Of a DNA stretch of 32,000 bases, positions 25,388 to 32,000 are shown piece by piece. Source of the stretch: Planctopirus limnophila DSM 3776 (GTDB lineage: Bacteria; Planctomycetota; Planctomycetia; Planctomycetales; Planctomycetaceae); contig NC_014148.1 in assembly GCF_000092105.1 (NCBI RefSeq), positions 1,890,001 to 1,922,000 on the forward strand, given 5' to 3'. Each line of letters begins with the position of its first letter. Position 1 is the first letter of the stretch. The notes beneath the pieces were generated by a model. It ran no database searches. It was given only the letters and a program-made list of their open reading frames with translations, and was not told where the DNA came from. The position numbers were made by a program, and so were the translations under genes.

Positions 25388-25701
25388 ACAACCCCAATGA
25401 TGACGACTGAGACAAGAACTCGTTGGTCAAATGAGTGGATTCTGAAGAATCAAGTAGCCAGAAACATTTCTCCGTTTGCCAGGCAATTTAAGCTGCAGGC
25501 AACTTCCGAAGATTACCGTATAAATACCTCAAATCTTTTTTGCGTAAGAATAGCCGAAGGATTCTCGCCGTCACTCGCTGGAAGTGGGTGAAAGTGTTTA
25601 TTCACAAGAACTTCATCAACTGACTGTGCGAATTCCCCGTGACATATTTTTTCAACGACCTGAGATTTTCAGTGACCTGAGATCTTGTCGATGGCGTTGC
25701 C

Positions 25702-26376
25702 TTACGCAGGGCCTGTCTCCAAGCGGTTGCGATGTCGGATGATCTCACCTTCGACAAGATAAACCACATCTTCGGCAATATTTGTCGCGTGATCAGCAAC
25801 TCGCTCGATCTGTCGGCACACACTGAAAAGGTGCATGTGCAATTCAATAAGTTGTGGCTGCCGCTGCATCCGCAGAATGAGATCGTGAATAATCTCTCTA
25901 TTGAGGTTGTCAACGCGATCATCTGTCTGGCAGACATCGCGGGCCAGCTTGACATCCATGTCCACATACGAGTCGATACTGCGATGCAGCATGCTCAGTG
26001 CCAGATGTGACATCTCGCGAAAATCGTCCGGTACGTGGACTTCACCACAACGGATAATAGAAAGCGCACGCTCAGAGATATTCACCCCCAGATCAGCGAC
26101 TCGCTCGAGCTCACCAGAGATCTTCATCACGGTCGTAATTCGTCGCAGGTCGACGGCCACTGGCTGATGCAGTGCGAGGAGTTTGAGACATTCCTCCTCG
26201 ATCTGCACGTCCATGCGATCGATTTCGTCATCTTGAGCCGGGATCTCCTCGGCCTTCTCGTAATCCCGGCGGTGCAGGGCATCGACGGCTGAATCAATCA
26301 GTTCCTCAACGCGGGCACACATCGTGAGCACGTTTCGATGCAGAGCATCAAGGTCGCGAATGAGGTGAATCGCCAT
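25702..26376 (-). CDS. phoU: Phosphate signalling complex protein PhoU
   Basis: 224 aa with two PhoU repeats (DDEIDRMDVQIEEECLKLLALHQPVAVDLR and DDRVDNLNREIIHDLILRM ... ERVADHATNIAEDVVY). It lies directly downstream of pstB. Confidence 0.92.
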   Translation of the reverse strand: MAIHLIRDLDALHRNVLTMCARVEELIDSAVDALHRRDYEKAEEIPAQDDEIDRMDVQIEEECLKLLALHQPVAVDLRRITTVMKISGELERVADLGVNISERALSIIRCGEVHVPDDFREMSHLALSMLHRSIDSYVDMDVKLARDVCQTDDRVDNLNREIIHDLILRMQRQPQLIELHMHLFSVCRQIERVADHATNIAEDVVYLVEGEIIRHRNRLETGPA

Positions 26377-26450
26377 AGACCACGCCCTTAAGTACTGACT
26401 GGAAAAAGGACTGATAATTCATGTTTTACATGCAGTTACACCAGAAATGA

Positions 26451-27332
26451 TTAACCAAATCGACCGGTAATGTAATCTTCCGTCTCTTTTTCCCGAGGCT
26501 TGAAAAAGAGTTGCTTCGTCAAACCGACTTCCACCAGGCGACCCTGGCAGAAAAAGGCAGTCCACTCACTGATACGGGCGGCCTGCTGCATGTTATGAGT
26601 CACGATGACGATTGTATAATTCTGCTTCAGCTCGATGATGAGATCTTCAATGCGGGCTGTTGAAGCAGGATCCAATGCTGAAGCCGGTTCATCCATCAGC
26701 AGTACTTCAGGATTCGTGGCCAAGGCCCGGGCAATGCACAATCTCTGCTGCTGTCCACCCGAGAGAGCCATTGCTGAATCTTTGAGCCGGTCTTTGACTT
26801 CGTTCCACAGGGCGGCCTGTTGCAGGCAGCGCTCGACGGTTTCCTGCACGAATGAGCGATTACGGATGCCGGCAATCCGCATTCCGTAAGCGACGTTCTC
26901 AAAGATGGACTTCGGAAACGGAGTTGACTTCTGGAAGACCATGCCCACGCGTTTTCGCAAGGCCACCACATCGATACGTGGTGCGTAGATATCCTGTGAA
27001 TCCAGTAAAACATCCCCGGTATGCCGGGTGCCTTCGATGATGTCATTCATGCGGTTGAGTGCCCGCAGATAAGTACTCTTGCCACAGCCCGAAGGGCCAA
27101 TCAGGGCGGTGACTGCACGTTCTGGAATTTTCAGATTGATGTCGAATAGCGCCTGGTGGCTGCCGTAAAAGAAGTTCATGTGTCGGGTTTCGATCTTCAA
27201 CTTCTGTTGTTTATGATCAGAAACCGTAGCAGTGGACGTCGAGGAATGAGTTTGACCCGCAACTGGCGGTTGGAGTGGCTGAGGCATTGTGGTGGCCTGT
27301 GCGAAGCCCGCTTGTGGTGGTATCAGATTCAT
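26451..27332 (-). CDS. pstB: Phosphate ABC transporter ATP-binding protein PstB
   Basis: Walker [17 protein letters not shown], signature LSGGQQQRL, Walker [12 protein letters not shown] and H-loop VTHNM. A non-conserved N-terminal extension of about 40 aa means the start may be internal. Confidence 0.95.
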   Translation of the reverse strand: MNLIPPQAGFAQATTMPQPLQPPVAGQTHSSTSTATVSDHKQQKLKIETRHMNFFYGSHQALFDINLKIPERAVTALIGPSGCGKSTYLRALNRMNDIIEGTRHTGDVLLDSQDIYAPRIDVVALRKRVGMVFQKSTPFPKSIFENVAYGMRIAGIRNRSFVQETVERCLQQAALWNEVKDRLKDSAMALSGGQQQRLCIARALATNPEVLLMDEPASALDPASTARIEDLIIELKQNYTIVIVTHNMQQAARISEWTAFFCQGRLVEVGLTKQLFFKPREKETEDYITGRFG

Positions 27333-27340
27333 AAGTTGCC

Positions 27341-28405
27341 CTACCAGCGAACTTTCTTCTGGAAGTGCTGGCGAATAAAGATTGCCAGACCATTGGAGAT
27401 CAGCAGGATGACAAGCAGCACAAGAATGGCTGCCGCCGCAACATGCTGGAATTCAGGTTTTGCTTCGTTGATCCAGCCATAGATCTGCATCGGAATTGTG
27501 GTAAACGAATCAAAGGGAACTTGAGCCAGCTTGTCTGGCCTGGTGATTGCTTCAGAGACGGAATTGAGACGCCCAGGTGTGAAGGTGATGTAGGTTGCCG
27601 CACCGATAGCCACAAGCGGTGCTGTTTCACCAATGGCTCGAGACATGGCGAGAATCACTCCGGTCATCATTCCCGGAAGAGCTGAGGGCAGAACCTGATG
27701 CCAGATGGTTTGCCACTTTGTGGCTCCCAGAGCTAATGAAGCATGACGCAGGCTCGGTGGAACGGATCGCAGTGCTTCCTGGCTGGCAATGATCACGACT
27801 GGCAGGCTCAAGAGCGCCAGTGTCAATGCACCCGAGATCACTGTGCGACCGAAAGGGAGTGTCAGCTGCAGGCTTCCTATCCCCAGATTAATGAGGTACT
27901 CACTTTTCGCGAGGCCGAACATTCGCACAAAGGCGGTGAATCCAAGAATGCCATAAACTATCGAAGGAACACCGGCCAGATTCGCGATATTCAGCTGAAT
28001 GAATTTCGTCAGCAGTGTCGGCTTAGAGTATTCTTCGAGGTAAATTGCAGCACCAACCCCCAGGGGGACTGATAAAATTGCCGTGAGCAGGATCAGCCAG
28101 AATGTCCCGACAATACCCGGTAGAATCCCTGCATCAGCCGGATTTCTACGGGGCATCGAAACGAGAAACTTTGGTGTCAGCCATCCCATGGCCTGCCAGG
28201 CCATCGTCGCAATCAGCACGCCGAGGATGACGACTGATCCCCACGTGGCCAACCAGCAGACCCATTCGAAGATCATGCCATACCGATGACGGCGTGCCAG
28301 TTCCGAGTCAAAACTTTCTTCAATGAGCTTTGTGCCGGCAGACGTGCTCTCAAGAGGCATTTGAGGTGGCTCGGCGGATGTTGGTGCTGAGGTCTGTGGG
28401 TTCAC
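27341..28405 (-). CDS. pstA: Phosphate ABC transporter permease PstA
   Basis: 354-aa polytopic protein with the EAA-type loop [19 protein letters not shown]. It is the second permease in pstS-C-A-B order. Its GTG start overlaps the pstC stop (28402-28405). Confidence 0.9.
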   Translation of the reverse strand: MNPQTSAPTSAEPPQMPLESTSAGTKLIEESFDSELARRHRYGMIFEWVCWLATWGSVVILGVLIATMAWQAMGWLTPKFLVSMPRRNPADAGILPGIVGTFWLILLTAILSVPLGVGAAIYLEEYSKPTLLTKFIQLNIANLAGVPSIVYGILGFTAFVRMFGLAKSEYLINLGIGSLQLTLPFGRTVISGALTLALLSLPVVIIASQEALRSVPPSLRHASLALGATKWQTIWHQVLPSALPGMMTGVILAMSRAIGETAPLVAIGAATYITFTPGRLNSVSEAITRPDKLAQVPFDSFTTIPMQIYGWINEAKPEFQHVAAAAILVLLVILLISNGLAIFIRQHFQKKVRW

Positions 28406-29433
28406 TGGTACACCTCACGATAACGTGCAAGCACCAGCTGGGAGATCAGATTCATCGTCAACGTGGTCAGAAAGAGCACCAGAGCGACGGCATACAGACT
28501 TTTATATTCAATCGTGCCCACTGGCGTATCGCCCGACATGACATTCACCACGTAGGCTGTCATCGTTTCAATCTGGCTGAGGGGATTGAGTGTTAACGTT
28601 GGTTTTTGACCGGCAGCAATCGTCACTGCCATTGTCTCGCCGACGGCACGAGAGATAGCGAGCAGAAATGCTGCGATGATCCCGGAAAGTGCAGATGGAA
28701 TCACCACGCGCACACAAACATCAAACTTTGTCGAACCCAGTGCGTAACCAGCTTCTCGTAAGGTTCGCGGTACTGCACGAAGAACATCTTCGCTGAGCGA
28801 GCAGACCGTCGGAATGATCATCAATCCCACGACAATCCCGCCACTCAATGCATTGAAGCCATCGACCGGAATACTCCACAGCCAGTCGACACCAAAGAAT
28901 TCGGCAGGTTTGAGAATAGGCCGTATGACGTATGGCGTCACAATCCTCAGGCCAAAATAGCCATAGACGACTGTGGGAACACCAGCCAGAAGTTCAAGAA
29001 TTGGCTTGGCGATCGAACGAACGCGTGGTGATGCATATTCCGCCAGATAGACAGCAGCCAGCAATCCAGTCGGCAATCCAATGATCGCGGCGATGATCGT
29101 GATGAGGAACGTTCCGCAGATCAGTGGCCAGATGCCGAACACGGGGGGGCTGTATTGCGGAGCCCACCGGGTTTCCAGGAAAAACTGAGAGAGGCTGATC
29201 TCTTGAAAGAAGGCTTTTTCCGGGGGAATTCCAAAGATCGCCTCACTGACCAGTACGAAAATAATGGCCAGTGTTGTTAACACCGAAAGGAGAGCACAAA
29301 GAAACAGCAACATTTGAATGAAGCTTTCACGGAGCCTATGCCACGTGAAGCGATAGGCCAGACCGGAGGCCTCCAGATTCGTGCGGTCGATGACCGAGTC
29401 GGTACTCGCGGGCTTTTGTTCGACCACAGACAT
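28402..29433 (-). CDS. pstC: Phosphate ABC transporter permease PstC
   Basis: 343-aa polytopic protein with the EAA-type loop [25 protein letters not shown]. It is the first permease after pstS. Confidence 0.9.
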   Translation of the reverse strand: MSVVEQKPASTDSVIDRTNLEASGLAYRFTWHRLRESFIQMLLFLCALLSVLTTLAIIFVLVSEAIFGIPPEKAFFQEISLSQFFLETRWAPQYSPPVFGIWPLICGTFLITIIAAIIGLPTGLLAAVYLAEYASPRVRSIAKPILELLAGVPTVVYGYFGLRIVTPYVIRPILKPAEFFGVDWLWSIPVDGFNALSGGIVVGLMIIPTVCSLSEDVLRAVPRTLREAGYALGSTKFDVCVRVVIPSALSGIIAAFLLAISRAVGETMAVTIAAGQKPTLTLNPLSQIETMTAYVVNVMSGDTPVGTIEYKSLYAVALVLFLTTLTMNLISQLVLARYREVYQ

Positions 29434-29652
29434 GTGCCGTTTACTCAGTTAATCGGTCACTAGTGCTGTGAACGCTGATCTGAACAATCAGCAAACACGG
29501 CACCGAAGACATGTAAGCTCAACAACATACTTCAGAGGAATCGAAAATTCGATCTTCCAGCCCAGTAGACCCTCAGGATCAGGCCAGAAGATCGCATTTT
29601 TCAGTTCACATTCTGATCTTTTTAACGACAATTCCTATGAGATCTGCCTGCC

Positions 29653-30669
29653 TTACTTGAGAGCATCGGCCAATCGCTGCTGCATGGTTTCTTTGACCGA
29701 TTTGGGAACCTTAATGTACTTCACTTCTTCAACCAGCTGGTCGCCCTTTTCTGACAGCAGGAATTTAATAAACTCTGCGACCTCAGGACGCTTCAGTTTG
29801 GCTTTCGTCGTGTAGATGAACAGTGGTCGAGAGAGCGGTGTGTACTCGCCGGATTCAATCGTTGCAGGTGTGGGTTCAACACACACAGCTTTCTTGCCGT
29901 CAGAAATTTTGACAGCCTTCAGCTTGGAAGCGTTTTCTGCAAAGTAAGCATACCCGAAGTAACCCAGAGCCCCCTTCGAATCGACGACGCCTTGAACAAG
30001 GATGTTATCATTCGAATTGGCCGTATAGTCCGAGCGACTGGATTTCGCCTTCCCATTGATCACTTCAGTAAAGTAATCAAAAGTTCCCGAAGCTGTGTCG
30101 GCTCCAAAGAGTTGGATCGGTTCGTCGGGCCAGCCTTCGCGAACTTCACTCCACTTGGAAACTTTGCTGTCAGCGGCCCAGATCTTGTTCAGTTCAGCCA
30201 CTGTCATGCATTCGGCGAAGGTGTTGGCAGGATTGATGACCACTGTCAGGCCATCAATGGCCACCTGAAATTCAACGTAATCGATTCCCTTGGCTTTGCA
30301 CTCAGCGGCTTCCTTCTCGGTGATCGGTCGGCTGGCACCAGTCACGTCGATTTCCTCCGCGATAAATTTCTTGAAGCCGCCACCTGTGCCAGACATGGCC
30401 ACAGTCAGTTTCACTTCTGGAAACTTACCTTCAAATTCTTCAGCCACTGCCTGAGAGATTGGAAAGACGGTGCTGGATCCATCGACGGCAATCGTTCCCG
30501 AAATCGATGGCGTTGCCGCATTCATCCCCTCTGTTGACGAATTAGTCTTTTCGCTGGTTGAAGCCGCTTGATCGGCTGACTTCTTCTGGACGCAGCCGGA
30601 CAGCGAGCCACACACAGTCCCAAACAACGCGATCAGTACCAAGACATATCGGGGACGTAAAAATGGCAT
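29653..30669 (-). CDS. pstS: Phosphate ABC transporter substrate-binding lipoprotein PstS
   Basis: Lipobox LSGC follows the signal peptide MPFLRPRYVLVLIALFGTVCGS. PstS-family motifs are IAVDGSSTVFPISQAVAEEF, AMSGTGGGFKKF, DVTGASRPI and FGADTASGTFDYFTE. Confidence 0.9.
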   Translation of the reverse strand: MPFLRPRYVLVLIALFGTVCGSLSGCVQKKSADQAASTSEKTNSSTEGMNAATPSISGTIAVDGSSTVFPISQAVAEEFEGKFPEVKLTVAMSGTGGGFKKFIAEEIDVTGASRPITEKEAAECKAKGIDYVEFQVAIDGLTVVINPANTFAECMTVAELNKIWAADSKVSKWSEVREGWPDEPIQLFGADTASGTFDYFTEVINGKAKSSRSDYTANSNDNILVQGVVDSKGALGYFGYAYFAENASKLKAVKISDGKKAVCVEPTPATIESGEYTPLSRPLFIYTTKAKLKRPEVAEFIKFLLSEKGDQLVEEVKYIKVPKSVKETMQQRLADALK

Positions 30670-30780
30670 TCCAGCAGCTCCAGTCTTCTATGTTCATCGT
30701 TGATCAAGAATTGATGCCGGATATGTTTTTCCGACGACCGAGGGAGCCTAAGGACTCTCTGTGAAAATTCCAACCAGCCT

Positions 30781-30805
30781 ATTGTTAAGATTGTCTTAAT
30801 TTAAG
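30781..30805 (-). promoter_or_regulatory. Candidate Pho box (direct repeats) upstream of pstS
   Basis: Read on the gene strand: TTAAGACAA TC TTAACAATAG. These are two TTAA(G)ACAA-type direct repeats about one helical turn apart, roughly 115-135 nt upstream of the pstS ATG. The consensus for this phylum is unknown to me. Confidence 0.3.
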
Positions 30806-30957
30806 TGCGGCAATGGGTTGCGTTCAAGTGAGGCCACACGATTGTCCTTTGAATCCAGCCTTTTTCGGTGGAAAAGCTTAGCCAATTCGGGTTTTCCTGA
30901 ATCAGGATTATTGGGCTTGTATTTCATCTGATAGGCAATGCACAGCAAATTCGCAGT

Positions 30958-32000
30958 TCACATCCATGTCTGGCCATTCGAGTTTTGACCGTTCTTCAGC
31001 AGGACCGTGAATTGACTGCCAGAGCCCACCTGACTGGTGACACGGATACTTCCCCCAAAAACCTGGCAAAGGTGCTTCACAATCGAAAGTCCCAATCCAG
31101 TACCGCCGACCTCGCGGGAGCGGGCTTTATCGACCCGGTAGAATCGCTCAAAAATTCTGGCCTGATGCTCGCGAGGAATCCCGACACCGGTATCTTCCAC
31201 ATCGATTCTTGACCACTCACCGTCCCGTCTCCAGCGGACTGTGACCTGGCCGCCCGCAGGAGTGTAGTTCAACGCATTGTCGAGCAGGTTGTCGATAATC
31301 GTCTGGAAACCATCACTGTCGGCAATGACTTCCATCTCGTCATTCGGAGCGACCGAGATCAGTTCAATCTGCTTGCTCTTGGCCACACCCTGATGTTCGT
31401 CAATGCTTTTTTGCAGGATGTAAGTGGCGTTGACTGGTTCAAGCTCGAAGGCCTGTTCAATCGAATCCAGCCGAGCCAGAGCAATCAGATCGGCAATCAG
31501 CTTGTTGAGCCGTTCGGCCTGTTCCTCAATTCTCTGCAGGAAAGTCCTGCAGGTCTCTTCATCTTCCATTGCGCCATTGAGCAAGGTTTCTGCATAAGCA
31601 CTGATGGAAGTGAGTGGGGTCTTCAGTTCATGAGAAACATTGGAGACAAACTCTCGTCGCAGATTTTCAAGACGCCTGAGATCTGTGACGTCATGCAGAA
31701 CCAATACCGCACCGGTTGCCGGTTCGCCGGGCAAGGGGGAGGCCACCATGGCCAACGTTCGCTGTGTGCGTGCGACGTCGAACTCGACCTTTTCCGAGGG
31801 TTGACCACTGAGTGCCGCTTGAACAATTTTTTGTACTTGCGGATGTCGTACGGCTTCCCAGATCGGTCGGCGCATAAAGCTTTGCGGCTGAACGTCCAAC
31901 AGTTGGAACACCGTATCGTTGGCAAAAAGAATCTGCTCTGAGCGGTCAACAGCAATGACACCTTCAATCATCGAGCGGAGGACCGTCGCCAGTTGTTCAT
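30958..32000 (-). CDS. phoR: Phosphate regulon sensor histidine kinase PhoR (C-terminal part; N-terminus lies right of the window)
   Basis: H-box SHELKTPLTSI, N-box LLDNALNYTP, and G-boxes DTGVGIP and GGTGLGLSIVKH. The frame stays open upstream of the listed Met up to the window edge (EQLATVLRSMIEGVIAVD, PAS-like). Confidence 0.88.
   Translation of the reverse strand, partial: EQLATVLRSMIEGVIAVDRSEQILFANDTVFQLLDVQPQSFMRRPIWEAVRHPQVQKIVQAALSGQPSEKVEFDVARTQRTLAMVASPLPGEPATGAVLVLHDVTDLRRLENLRREFVSNVSHELKTPLTSISAYAETLLNGAMEDEETCRTFLQRIEEQAERLNKLIADLIALARLDSIEQAFELEPVNATYILQKSIDEHQGVAKSKQIELISVAPNDEMEVIADSDGFQTIIDNLLDNALNYTPAGGQVTVRWRRDGEWSRIDVEDTGVGIPREHQARIFERFYRVDKARSREVGGTGLGLSIVKHLCQVFGGSIRVTSQVGSGSQFTVLLKNGQNSNGQTWM

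Noticed and set aside
25602-26292. Several 85-121-aa ORFs on both strands within phoU
   Set aside because: They are all out of frame or antisense to a full-length PhoU with both PhoU repeats, so they are shadow ORFs.
26425-26440. TTTACA-N5-TTACA direct repeat in the pstB-phoU spacer, a possible second Pho box
   Set aside because: It is very short and is oriented opposite to the pstS-upstream repeats relative to the genes. It sits inside an operon spacer of only 74 nt, so a chance occurrence is likely.

Overview
By motif recognition (no database search was possible), this is a chromosomal segment of a Planctomycetota (Planctomycetaceae-like) genome. The lineage hallmarks are a DUF1559 / H-X9-DG pilin-like protein, a DUF1254 protein, an RRM RNA-binding protein and a receptor-type Ser/Thr kinase. 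I support 25 protein-coding genes (two cut by the window edges), one tRNA-Pro(TGG), several terminator-like hairpins and a few candidate operator sites.

Layout:
- 1-13.4 kb: mostly housekeeping or singleton genes. These are DUF1254, tRNA-Pro, an unknown secreted protein coupled to bioF, an RRM protein, trmL, the Ser/Thr kinase, an aldehyde dehydrogenase, a TauE/SafE exporter, a CobW-type GTPase and an orphan ORF.
- 13.7-21.9 kb: a co-directional membrane glycosylation cluster. It holds a CslA-like processive GT2 overlapping (ATGA) a GT-C/PMT-like polytopic protein, then a pilin-like DUF1559 protein, a second membrane GT2, a type I phosphomannose-isomerase-like protein and a hotdog-like ORF.
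- 22.5-24.0 kb: an acidic coiled-coil protein flanked by two large ORF-poor, hairpin-rich spacers.
- 24.7-32.0 kb: a complete Pho regulon on the minus strand (phoR-pstSCAB-phoU-phoB).

I saw no transposase, integrase, CRISPR array, reverse transcriptase or recognisable defence gene. The best candidate for something undescribed is the central glycosylation cluster. Its gene combination suggests periplasmic, polyprenyl-phosphate-sugar dependent (mannose-type) glycosylation, possibly of the pilin-like protein. That reading is inference, not demonstrated. All start codons are provisional; stop coordinates are reliable.
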